Shown here piece by piece: positions 1-19,159 of a DNA stretch of 64,000 bases (position 1 is its first letter; each line of letters starts with the position of its first letter). The stretch is from the NCBI GenBank assembly GCA_001642005.1, contig LWCA01000006.1:1-64000 (forward strand), in the 5' to 3' direction. The notes below the pieces were generated by a model. That model ran no database searches, was not told where the DNA came from, and saw only the letters and a program-made list of their open reading frames with translations. Both the position numbers and the translations under genes were made by a program. The DNA is from Intoshia linei. Its lineage: Eukaryota; Animalia; Orthonectida.

Positions 1-89
1 ATTTTTATTTTAATCAAAATATTTGAAAAATATTTGTTGATAATATATTAAAAATTGTTTTTCATCGTGAATACAACAGTACACAACAT

Positions 90-415
90 GAACAGGATAC
101 AACTGTACAACATATAAATTTTTTAAAATTATAAGGCTGTTTTCATTAAAAAAGAAGGTGAATTTGGTGTTTTGGCCCTTAAGATTATATTTATTTTAAA
201 TTTAAATTTATGGTAATGGTTTATGATTTTAAAATCAGGATTGTTTACCCGTAAGATGTGAAATTGGAAAGTTGAAATTAAGTTTGCGAACACCCCCAGA
301 AAAAACTTTAATTGAAATGTTGACTTTATAAAATTCTAAGACGGGTAGTTATTTAAATAAAGCTGGACACACACATACAAACAAAAATAGCATAGTATAT
401 TATATAAGTTAGGAT
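90..415 (-). mobile_element. Non-autonomous Helitron-like repeat, 5' portion
   Basis: Near-identical to 32224-32675 (opposite strand), 58480-58765, 61450-62151 and 45420-45600. The reverse-complement terminus reads TCCTAACTTATATAATATAC followed by a TGTG/TTTG microsatellite, typical of Helitron 5' ends. Confidence 0.6.
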
Positions 416-424
416 AACACAGAA

Positions 425-975
425 TTAATCCTAACGATTTAAAATACTCCCGATAAAATTTGAACATATTAATGAATGACATAATTGTTCCTTTTAAAGA
501 TATCATTGAATTAAAAATAGAAACCTGAAGAATCCATCTAATTGATATAAGTCAAGCTGCGGTGAAATATTAAGAATTATTTTTCGAATTAAAAAATGAT
601 GAGACATCATTTATATTTTTCAAAGAAGGTGCATACGTAAAAATGTGGCAAAAATATTAAATGTAAATATAAAATGTGGAACAAAATAAAATTGTTATTT
701 TTAGCGTTCCATTCAACACCTCTGCATAATCTAATTTTAGTTCAACGGTAAATATACTCACGAAGAAGAGAAGCCGATTTAATATTGTTAATTGAGGAAA
801 GCTGTGATTAAATTAATCCATTTTGAAATCGAATTCAAAAAAATTTCTTATATTATGTAATTTAGGCCCTATAAAAGTTATCTATGCAATTTTAAATAGT
901 TTTGAGTAAATTGCATTGTTTATCCATAAATAAAATATAATTTTTTGTTAGAGCGTTAGCCTAAAAAAGATTGGG
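425..975 (+). mobile_element. hAT (ZBED/SCAND3-like) transposase C-terminal remnant
   Basis: Degenerate dimerisation-domain motif (LAFP...VNILTKKRSRFNI). A second copy lies at 24890-25445. Confidence 0.6.
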
Positions 976-1499
976 TACCTCTGAATTGTAATAATTGTAA
1001 TTAAATTTGAAACTGACATGTAAATTAAATATATTAGTTAAATTTCGATCTCAGAAATCTTACTGGCAAAAAACTTTTTTATTATCCAAATTATTCTTTT
1101 TTTTTTCAAAATGAAAAAAAATATACACTCTGATGCAGATTTTGAAATCACGAGCATTATCATAAATTATAATTTCAAAAAAGTATACCTTCAAAGTAAA
1201 AATCACAAATTACTTTTTTATTTAAAAGTGAAAAAATTTAGAACAGTTATCTTCAGTTAAAACTTGAAAAAAATTTACTCTCACAAAGTGACGTCTTCAG
1301 AATAGAAACAGCACTTTGATATTCATTTTTTTATTTGGTAACTGTTTTATTTAAATTAATTAATCAAAGCGATATTTTTCAGCTATAAATTATCTCGTTC
1401 AATTTTCATTCACACATCGATTTATCATATTAATATGATATGATTATGACTCCACTTCTAAGGATTCCTAATTACACATTATCTTAACATCAGGAATAT

Positions 1500-1740
1500 T
1501 AGCATCATATATATATTGGCACCAACTTTCATTATATATCATTGTTAACATTTGGATTAAAATTTTGAATTATTCACATAAATTCGTTGAAAAAATTTTT
1601 ATGGAATATTTTTCAGTCGCTAATGGAATTAAGAAGCTACCGGAACCTTGGAGAAGAATTGTTGAATGCAATGGAGAATATAGAAGTTTTCATTATAGTT
1701 ATTAAAACAATATTACTTTGTCAATGACCTAATAATAGAG
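1500..1740 (+). mobile_element. mariner transposase C-terminal remnant
   Basis: 1624-1680 translates GIKKLPEPWRRIVECNGEY, matching the mariner C-terminal GIxKLPERWxKxVxxxGEY motif. Confidence 0.7.
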
Positions 1741-2013
1741 TTTATACAACTAGTAAAATTAAATTCAAAATGAACGTAATTGAACACTTTCATAAGTACA
1801 ATCAATATAATTGAAAAAATGTCCACATAATGTATGTTTTAGCACCACTATATTATAAGATGTTATAATATAATAATCATCAAAAAACTAATAAATCCAA
1901 ATGTGATGTCATTTTCATTAACTTACTTATATGTAAAATCAACAATTTAAATTTATATCGATTTAAGAATATATTATTCAAAATTACAATCATTTTAGAA
2001 ATTTAAGGATAAA

Positions 2014-2267
2014 ATGAATTTCAGGTATTTGTTAAAAATTACATACATATATATTTTAGACTATTTTCTAACATGATTTTCTTGGTAATTGCAATTAACA
2101 TTGGCGAGGATCGTTTCAAAGATTTTTTGCAAGCCAATATTAGGCATGGAAATTACAAGGGAATGTTGATTAACACTCATAAAAAGTACATGAAAATGCC
2201 ATACGATGAAGATAAATACCCACCAAATAGGTATAGACACCCCCTGATGGATTACGACTTTGGATAA
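2014..2267 (+). CDS. Small putative secreted protein / neuropeptide precursor (72 aa; exons 2014-2024, 2060-2267)
   Basis: A 35-bp GT-AG intron keeps the frame. Hydrophobic N-terminus MNFRLFSNMIFLVIAINIG, KK and RYR basic sites, C-terminal DYDFG-stop, and ATTAAA at 2305. It could instead be the last exons of a longer gene (acceptor AG at 1997-1998). Confidence 0.45.
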
Positions 2268-2689
2268 TCTAAATGTTGATTTAATTTAATTATTTGTGTT
2301 GTCTATTAAACTCAATTTATTTCTAAAATATATCACTTTTTAGAGTACATTGATAAGTATAAGTTTACACATATATTTGCTGTCAAACATATGTGTATTT
2401 ATCATATAATATATAATTAATAATAATTATATTCATATAATATATAAAATTTATCAAAATGATTAACACATTTTATATCACAATGTAACACATTATAATC
2501 ACTTTAAATGTAGATATTGTCACATATACTGTTGTTCAATATACATTATAATAATATTATCAATATGTATTATAATAATTGCTTTTTACATATTATGTGG
2601 TTACTAATTCATTAATGAGTAGATGAAATTAAATAAAATTTTAAAAATAAAATACACATATATTTATGTTTAATTGGAATTAATTAATA

Positions 2690-3245
2690 TTTTGTAACAT
2701 TTCCTTTAGCATGTATGAGAGCCATAATTATCCGTGGCATACTATTAAGTCTATACAGTCTTTTTCCAAATTAAGAGAATTGTTGCATACTGTATGTAGA
2801 CGAATAATCAGTTCCAATTTTAATCTTATTGGAATTCTATGAACTTCTTTCAATTGTGCACACATATTTTCGATTAGGTTCATATCTGCGGAATTTCCGG
2901 GCCATTCAAGAACGGCAATCCCTTCATTTTGGAAATATGAAGTTACAGATTTGGCTGTGATAAGGAGCGGAATCATTTTGAAATATATACTTCTGATCAA
3001 TGTACCGTTGTGTCATTTCATCAAAAAAATTGTTTAATACATTTTTATAGGTATGCTGGTTCATTATACCTTTACAAATCTGTAATTCACCCATTCCCAT
3101 AAAAGATATAGCCCTCAAATCATTACTTTTTGTTAGAAATTTTACTGTTTGTATAATACATTCTGGCGTTAATGATTCGCATAATCTTCTGGGCACATTT
3201 TTACATTGATTGCCCATCACACAAATCATTGATTCGTCCGATACA
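2690..3245 (-). mobile_element. Tc1-like DD34E transposase remnant (frameshifted)
   Basis: Motifs YIFQNDSAPYH and VLEWPGNSADMNLIEN lie in two overlapping frames; SDES motif near 3230-3241. Confidence 0.85.
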
Positions 3246-3523
3246 ATTACAAATTAAATAAGAAAAGTGTTGAGTCTAATAAGTTAGTAAATCTGAAAGA
3301 CAGTGAGTTGAGTAAAGAAGAAGGGGTTGATATTGTTGAAGAATTGGAACAAGATTGGTTGCAGTTAACTAGAATCCATGGAAGTTGCAAAGTTGATAAA
3401 ATAGGTAATAAGTTGGGGTTATTGAATTCTAATTTTCGGAATTTAGTTAAACAATATTAATATGAAATTTAAATTTATTTAAATTAACTAATAAAAAAAT
3501 AAATTTATTTATAACGATCTTTA

Positions 3524-6500
3524 TTACATCTCCAAGCTTAATATACACGATTCTCTTATAATGTCATTAGTATGATTTGTTAATTTTTGAAGACATTCAA
3601 TAACTTCAGCATTCAGCATGTTCCCTAAATATAATTTATAAAAACTAAAGGATAGTTAACATATGTAAATAAATGTAAACATTTAATTCACATTGAAAGA
3701 TAAATGTATTGGTTCATATTATTAAATTAAAATTTAAATTGATATAATGAATGCCCAATTTGCTCAATTAAATGTTTGCCTCTCACTGCCAATTTATTGG
3801 ATAACCCTTATGTAAATTAAGAAATTAGTTAATTCTAATTTGAAAAAAAAAACCGAAAATATTCTAAATTAATACCTAACTATCAGTGGCGTAGCGTGAC
3901 TTTTCTCACAAGTTGTTCGAGAATGATTCCTTGGTAATGTAACATTTTAAAATAAAGTTAAAATAAATATCGAAATATAAAGAAATGTTCATAAGGGGTC
4001 GCGAATACAGCAAATTTGATAACCATTTCTATAAAGTATGCTTGAAAGATAATTTGTTTTATTCTAGTAAATAAAATTTTTGACCAATTAGAAATAGAAT
4101 ACTGTATTTAAATTAAAGTCTAAATCTATATCTAAGTGTAAGTTTTTCATTTATTTGCAACACCCTTGAGTAAAATTTGACAATGTAAATATCTATAGAA
4201 AATACTTCCATATTATAAATGTTAGCAAAAGATGTATCATTAGTATGGCGATTTTTTTTTAACCTATAAAAACAAAAAATTTAACTTACAAATCAAATTT
4301 ATTAACTTTTGGAAGAAAAATCACGTATTGTTTTTTTCGTTAAATTTTTTTCTAAACTGATGAAATCTCTTATTCACACTAATAATATTTCTGGGGCATT
4401 GTCGGCTGTAGCACCGTTATATAAATTTTTAGACATAAATGTATTGCCATTATTAGATAGTTTTTGTAGAACAAGCAGCGTTGTCTTATGTCCGTAAATA
4501 TCTAATTCAGGGTTTCATAACCTTTTTTAAATTTAGTACCCGTTAGTCATATCCACTATTTCTAATACACCTGTAAAAAATAGAAAAGTGGTCCACTAGA
4601 TGCAAAAGGTTTCCGATCCCTAATTTAAGTCTTAATAAAGATGTATAAAAAGTGTATTATTTGTTGTAGTACAAAATCAAATATTTTTTAAAAAGTTTTT
4701 GTTTAATTATATCATGAAGAGTATGAATGACCATTTGTCCGTTCATATTACTTGTAATATTTTTACAATCATATATTACATTCTGAGGTGTTTCTAATGT
4801 TCCGATTATAGTATTAATGTACTTATATCCATTTAAATCAATTTCGTCCATAATGATAAAAATTAATTTATTAATACAACAATTTTTTATTCTCTCCATT
4901 TCATTCAAATACAAATCATCAATTTTATAAAATTTTTATTTCTGCAATTGCTTTCAGATGGCAAAATTATTCCCAAAATTTATTATATTTTTTTAATAAT
5001 GTTCTTAACTCAACGTTATTTAACTTTTTAGAGGTATGTCCGCAGATAGAATTGCTTCCGCCATTTTGTTGCAAAGTCATTCGATGTTTTAATGGAACTT
5101 CCAATATTGACAATATGCATAAAACTCTTATTTTTTGCTAATTTGCGGTGTAATTAAACAAAATTAAATTTTGTAAAAGTAACATTGCAACAACATTTCA
5201 TACAAAATAAATTGTCGTCATTCCTAGTAAATTCACTAGGATAAAGTTTTGTAATATTGTAAATTTTTTCATATTTAGATTTCGCATATTTTGTCATGCT
5301 TAAAAAAACATTAATCATATAAAAGTATTGCTAAAATACCTATATTGTGAATAGAAATAAGTTAAAAATAAATAAAAACTGCTTTTAGTGAGTGATATAA
5401 AAATTAATAAGTTTATTTACTACAATCATGCATAAAATAAAAGTACAAAACAAAATTCATGTTTGAAAATATAATTTAACTTTTAAAAATAAAATTTAAC
5501 TTTTGAAAATTTATTTTAACTTTATTAACGCTAGTAACTTAATCAAATTTTAATTAGCCAATTAATATACTTAAAATTATTATCATTGTGATTGTAATTT
5601 GATGCGTATGAACATATCAAAATTTGCCCTAGTTAAAAAATAATCGCCCTAATCATTAGATACTATGAAATTGTGTTGGTTAAAATTTCAAGACACTTTG
5701 AGTATAATATTAAAATTTAAATCTCTATAGAAAATAATTAAACAATGAAAACAGCAATAATGAAAGTATAGTGTTAAGTCTAAATCTATATCTAAGTGCA
5801 AGGTGTTCATTTTATTTTTAACACACCTTGAGTAAAATTTGACAATGTAAATCTTTATAGAAAATATTTTCATATTATAAATGTGAGCATAAATTTATCA
5901 TTAAGATACTATGAAATTGTGTTCGCTAAATTTTCAAGACACCTTAAGTTAAGTATAATTTTAGAATTTAAATCTCTATAGAAAATATTTATCCAATTTT
6001 TACGATGTACAAATTTATTCTAATTGAAATTTATTATGAGTTTAAAATTTTGTACTGATGTTTTTTAAAAATAGATTTTAACAGATAATTTATTATTGAC
6101 TGATATATTGATTTAACATTTAATATGAATATCGAACTTAAATTATAAAAATTATATTATTTATTAAATATAATTTTTTTAAATTTTAAATTGTCTAGGG
6201 TGTTCGGCGAACACCTTGCACACTATGACGCTACGCCACTGCTAACTATATAATAAAATATCATAGTAGCGACAGATTAAGAGGCCATGGACCATTATGA
6301 AAAGAGGATCACTTTTTTCAAAATGTGGTCCGCTTCACCTGTCCCTACCGTATTGTATCATACAGTGTACATGTGTATTAAAGATGAAACCTAATGCTTC
6401 CGCAGCTTCATGTCGTACCATTTCATCTTCATCTTCATTATTAAGTACATCCATCAAAGGTTTAATGGAAATAGGATCGGAGAGTTGACCCAAAACATAA

Positions 6501-7549
6501 GCAACTTCATGTTTCAATAGAGAACCATCGCATTTAAAAGCTTTACATTAATTAAATTTAATAAACCCGAAAAAAATTACCTTCACATATATATTTTGTC
6601 GCGATTTCTGTCTTCATGTTTCTCAAAGAAAACATTGCTCGGTATCTATCGAAAATGCTAGCATCTTCGTCTATAATAATTTACTTTTAATTAAAGATAA
6701 TCCACCGGTCATAAAATACGGTTTGATTTATGAATTAACCAAATTTTAATTTCGCATTTAAGATTATTTTAATTAAGATTTTATTACTTTCAAAAATTGA
6801 ATATTATGCTAACAAATTTTGAAAACAAGTATAGTGTCGTAAGGGTTAATAATTGTTTGAGTAAAAATTTTTTTTTCACATTTAACCCACCTAGCAAATT
6901 GAGTCTGACACCCTTGATTTAGACCAGAATCAATAATAAATAAAAAAATAAATAGTCACTTTGTATATAAAATAATATACCTAATAGAATATTTTTGTTA
7001 CATTCAACAGAGTTATCAATAAACGGTGGAGCAGGATCAACAGTTTGAAATGGATTAGGTGACTTGTTGTTAATTTCTTGTTCATTATTATTTTTCCGCC
7101 ATTCTATCATATCGCTCGCCAAAATACATGTTTCTCTAAGCTAATAATTATTTTCAATCATAAATATAATTACCACTCGGTATTCACTATCTCGATATTT
7201 AACAAGCTTTTCATACCATTCATTATCTCCGACTGCAGCCAGCGCTTCAGCTAAACTGATTAGAAGGTGGAAAATAATTAATACCCGCTTCATGACGAAC
7301 AATCAATGGTTGACTTTCATCGTCTAATACTTTTCGTAAATATGGAATAGCAGTTTGATTCTGCATTTGACCGAGTACATACGCTAATTCATGCTTTAGT
7401 AAAGCACTATCGTCACTAAAGATCTTGACTATTTCTTTTACAGCCAATTCATTTCCAATAGATTTCAGTTCAAATAATGCAGAAAATCGTTGCTGGATTG
7501 ATGATTTTGGTTCTGATAAAACTTTCGAATATTTTTCAATGTCACACAT
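3524..7549 (-). CDS. DOHH: Deoxyhypusine hydroxylase (6 exons: 7549-7285, 7250-7174, 7140-6981, 6670-6581, 6540-6391, 3624-3524)
   Basis: HEAT-like repeats carry four HE motifs ([43 protein letters not shown]) plus VDPAPP. The terminal exon encodes ...[12 protein letters not shown]. All introns are GT-AG and phase-consistent. Confidence 0.93.
3884..6241. mobile_element. hAT-type element in DOHH last intron with 14-bp TIR and 8-bp TSD
   Basis: TIR CAGTGGCGTAGCGT at 3884 and its reverse complement ending at 6241. Direct repeat CTAACTAT at 3876-3883 and 6242-6249. Confidence 0.9.
4509..5250 (-). mobile_element. CGGBP1-like hAT transposase remnant inside the 3884-6241 element
   Basis: Motifs SADIPL(K)[13 protein letters not shown] (frameshifted) and [24 protein letters not shown] hAT-like end, CAGGGTTTCATAACC, lies at 4509. 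Confidence 0.6.
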
Positions 7550-8255
7550 TTTAAAGTACACAAAAAAATTGACGATAAACAAATTTCATCATGGATACAG
7601 TAGATATATTTGTATGTAAGATCATATATGTAAGAATTTTGGTTTTGTTATGTATCGCAATGGACTGCATAATGTGCAGTACATATGGATGATGGTCTTT
7701 TATTCAAAGTTAAGTATATATATGAAGACCAAAAATGTGTGGATAATACTTTTCTTGATAGAATGAATCGACCCTACGAAAATTTGAACGTAGCTAATCA
7801 AAAACGACCACTATTTCATAGTCCTATAACGATGTCACATTTAAAGGATTCTCGTGAAAGTTTTATTAATTTCTGAAATGTATTTTTATTGAGAATTAAC
7901 CACATTTACAACAAATTTTTGAATTAATATTAGACAAACTTCAAAATGTACTGTAATGTAATAATAATAATGTTATAATAATAATAGTGGTAATAAAGTA
8001 AAATAATATTAAATAGTAATAAAAAATGAATAATGTAAATATTTAAATTAATTGTGTATTACAATTAAATATTACTAAATGCATTGTTAAGTATTGATTA
8101 TTTGAAATTAAATCAAGTTTATAATATAGAAACAAATATAAAATTTACTAAATTTTAAAAATGTAGACTGCAAAATGTAATCATTTATTTATAGCAACTA
8201 CTATAACTAGTATATTAAAAATTTAGTATTTTTGGGACATTAAAAAATATAAATA

Positions 8256-10209
8256 ATGGAGTATAAAGAAATATCTGAAAATCAAGAATCAATAAATACT
8301 TATGTTTATAATTCTTTAAATATATCACATCCCGTGAGTACAACTGTACACGATGAAAATATTAATTCAAGTTTGTCTGTAATGGCCAAATACATGACAG
8401 ATGAAGCTAAAAATTTCAACAATTGCTTAAAGAATTTCTCTGAAAAAGCTAGAAATGTGACTAATTTGAACCAAAGAAATACTAATATAAATATTAAGTG
8501 CAGATTAAAAATTTTAGAAAAATTAATTAGCGAGTTGATGCAAAAAATAAGACATATTAGTAAGGTTAATTTGTATCTAATGAAACTTTGGACTTTTACT
8601 CGAAAAAATTTTAATAATACCATGTTGCCCACTGAAATCAATGTAGATAATATCATGTGTCGTTCACGAAGAATGGACATCGATAATACTCTTGATGAAA
8701 GTTCTGAATCATTGAATATGGTTATACTGTTATTTATTTTTTAATTTATTTTTATAATTTAGGAATTTGCATTGTTAGCCAAAGTCCGAAATACATTCAA
8801 ATGTCTCATGGAAAAATTAAAAGACCAAATTGAGTATATATTGCATAATAATATTGTATGTTAATAATATATGCATATGATCCATACATAATTGCACAGA
8901 ACTGCAACTGTATATTGTTGGGAAACTCGGTTTTTATAACCTTTTTTATTTGATAGTGCGGCTGTACGTAACTTATATAATGTTTTTATTAATATGGCTT
9001 CATTTTTTGGATTAATTCTTAGTACATACAGATTTAAATTGTATTTTTAAAAATGACATATTGAGATATTCCTCTTTTATTAATATACCACATCTTCTCA
9101 CAAAGTAATAAAATGTATTTTGTTTTAGCATACACCAAGAATAAGAAACATTAATTCTTAATTTTTATTATAATTTTTTAATATCATAATTTAGTAAAAA
9201 TGCAGAAATCAAGTATGAATTGGAAAAGGATTACAGCAACAAAGTAGAATCAAGCGGGTTTGATAAAAATGCAGCAAATATTATGAATCATAAATCAAAT
9301 AAAAATTTATATAGAAAATGTAAAATCGCTGAAAAGTAATTTAATTTATTGATTTTATCAAAACAATTTATGTATCATATAATACATATGTTATTATATT
9401 ATATGAAAAATAATTATTTAAAAGATGGTTAATAACGATTATGTGTATCAGCGTTTTCCAATATGTGGAATCAAAAATATTAAATGAGAAATAATAATAC
9501 TATCAAAAAATAATTAATACATGTATTTAATATTTAATATTTAGTTTACAGTCCATCGAAGCGTGGAAAAATGTTAGTTTTAAAAATATAGACAAAGGTA
9601 ATGAAGCTATCAAAGCTTCCCGAATATTAAAATTTACAGTAAAAGAGATGATTAAAAGAATGAATTGTGAAATGCAAGAAATATCTCGTAAATTTGAAAA
9701 CAAATTATCTGAGAACATTAACAAAAATAAAAATGTTAAATTTATTCTGCAGACTTCACTTGCTAATGTTTTAAAAAATAAATAAATGTAATAATTTTTT
9801 TAGATTTTGAATACAATAAAAAATAATGAAAGCATTATAAAGGATATTGATGCGCTATGTGGTGAACAAGCTGAACCAGAAAAAGTTGCTGATGCTAGAA
9901 TATGGAATATATCAAAAAAATATGAATCAGAAAAATATATCGATGATTTAGAAAATGGGTAAAATACTGTTAATATAAAAACCAAGATTATATTTAATTT
10001 TAATTAGATTAAACGAAGAAGTTAATAACATTTTAAAATTATCAAACGCTTCACAGAATAAATTAAATATGGCAGAAAAATTAAATAAAAATTTGTTTGA
10101 TAACCGAAATTACCTTGAAAAGGGTATTATGGCTAAAACAGATGCACTCTACATTGATCAAATTAAATGTATGAGTAAAAGATGTTTGTATCCAAAATTA
10201 GTGGATTAA
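8256..10209 (+). CDS. Tektin family protein, divergent (exons 8256-8720, 8763-8833, 9195-9335, 9545-9767, 9804-9958, 10008-10209)
   Basis: Tektin motifs CRSRRMDID, LEKDYSNKVESSGFD, SIEAWKNVS, PEKVADARI, LNEEV and LEKGIMAKTDALYIDQIKCM. Splice phases are consistent. Confidence 0.85.
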
Positions 10210-11352
10210 TAAACTAATAATAATTCATTATAACTATTTATTATTAAAATTTATTTAAACTATCAAAACTCGTAAACGTTTGGTTGAAAATCGGAAATTA
10301 ATATAAGATGTTATCAAATAAAGCCATGTTTTTGTTGTCACTTTTCTCAAAGTCTTATTTATGAGATTTTGGATTTTAATTTTAAATAAAAACAAAATAT
10401 CAAATTGAAATCTGATAATTTCAATTTTAAAGACCAAATATAGGAGTCTATTACTGGTAAAAGTTCAAATAATACTCTCTGTCGTATACATTTCTTGTAT
10501 TTATTCATTTATTTCAGTATTTCTTATTTTGAATTAATTTTTAAGGAAAAACGAAAACGAAAAAAATTTTTAAAGGATGGTACGACGTTTTTTAGTCCTA
10601 TTGGGTGTCACTCAAAAAAGAATTTGGTGAACACTGCACTAAAATGTGATCAAATAACTTTATGAGAACTCGCTACTGTATATTCAAAAATGTAATTTTC
10701 ACATTCATTTGATCAAATCAAATCAATTCAAAGATGAATTCGATTGTTTGTTTGTTTTTGTTTGACTCATTTGTTTCAACGCCAGAAATTTTTTTCGGTA
10801 TATTAATGAGTTATTAATAATGACATATTCTTTAAATTTAATTGGTAAAAAAATTTAACATACATTTATATTATTTTTAAACATGAAATCTTTAATGAAT
10901 TTGGTAATATCTGTGCTACACGTCTAAAAAATAATTTACAAATAAAAAAATAAAAAATATCTAACCTTGCATACTTATAGTATGCATTTCAAATGGTAAA
11001 AAAATTGTTTTTCAACCGGTTGATATAAAAAGTCTGTATTAGGAAAATAATCATGGACGATTTATAATTTCCATTTTTTATGTAAACATAATTATTAACA
11101 ACTAATACTAAAGTTTGATTTTAATATAAAATTTATATAAATCTGTCATGAACAGTGTTTATTAAACTCTTGATTAAATACAATGAACACGATGTATAAA
11201 TTTTAAAAAAAATAAATTAATGGATTATTGTTATATCAACTGCCTTTGATTGTGGGTGACTTTTTTGGATTTTAAGCATTATCTCCAAAAAATGAAATTT
11301 GTTAATAATTACCCGGCTATATTTATTTATATATTTACTAACTGTAATATAT

Positions 11353-18210
<6,858 letters not shown>

Positions 18211-18462
18211 TTTAACCAAAATGTTTATTCATCACCATTTCTCATGAAACACTAAGCATTAATAATAGAAACATATTTATTGACAAGTTGATACCAATCA
18301 ATTAATTTTTTTTTTCATATGCAAAAAATTTCAGCCAAGTTATTATTATAAGTTGTAAATCAAATATTAACAAATTTCCCAAAAATGAGAAAATACCGTA
18401 ATCAAAATTTTTTTTATGAATTTAACCTGCAAAAACAAAGTTGATTTTATGGATTGATATTA
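18211..18462. promoter_or_regulatory. Putative bidirectional promoter between ULK4 and MTHFS
   Basis: Only 252 bp separate the two divergent start codons. Confidence 0.5.
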
Positions 18463-19152
18463 ATGAGTTTAAAAGAAAAAATAAGAAAAGAAATAAAGGA
18501 AATACTTTTAAATCTAAGCTTTCACGATCGTAAAACAAAGTCATTGAATATTTTTAACCAAGTAAAATAGTATTTATAATGTACTTAAAATTAGTTAAAA
18601 CAAAATACAACCTTTCAAAAATGCAAAAAAATAGGCCTTTATTTGAATATGCACGATGAAGTTAATACTGAAAATTTGATAAAATATAGTTTTCGTAAAA
18701 AAAAAGAAATTTATATACCCTATTTTGATGATAAAGAAATGACGATGGTTAGATTACCAAACTACAAACAACTAAAAAAGACCACATTAAAATTAAATGT
18801 ACGTCAATTTGATGTTTCAAAATTAAATAAAATTGATTCAGTTTCAGCGAAAGGTTTTCTGAGTATATTATACGTTTATTTCAGTTTTATATTTATAGAA
18901 TTGGACCTGATAATTTTACCTGGCCGAGCATTTACAAAATACGGTGTTCGATTGGGTCGCGGAAAAGGCTATTTCGACAAATACTTGTGTGAATGTACAA
19001 AACAATATTTGTTTCCCCATTTAATGGGAATATGCTTTAGAGAACAATTGTACGAACAAATACCAAAATATAAGCATGATATAAATGTAAATACAGTAAT
19101 ATATGATAAACTGGACGTTCAGATGAATTTTAACTCTATCCATTTTAATTAA
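18463..19152 (+). CDS. MTHFS: 5-formyltetrahydrofolate cyclo-ligase (exons 18463-18561, 18595-18853, 18899-19152)
   Basis: MSLKEKIRKEIK, IGLYLNMHDEVNT, LDLIILPGRAF, GVRLGRGKGYFDKYL and HDINV. Confidence 0.95.
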
Positions 19153-19159
19153 AGATTTA

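Noticed and set aside
7685-7876. 63-aa ORF between DOHH and tektin
   Set aside because: No recognisable motif and no convincing splice link to tektin; it cannot be supported without transcripts.
8185-8205. Possible RFX X-box (ATAGCAAC) upstream of the ciliary tektin gene
   Set aside because: Only a half-site is present; too weak in AT-rich DNA.
8306-8680. Antisense ORFs over coding exons (also 23748, 34900, 35215, 40885, 41575, 48782, 57266, 59985)
   Set aside because: They are shadows of real coding frames on the opposite strand, with no independent features.
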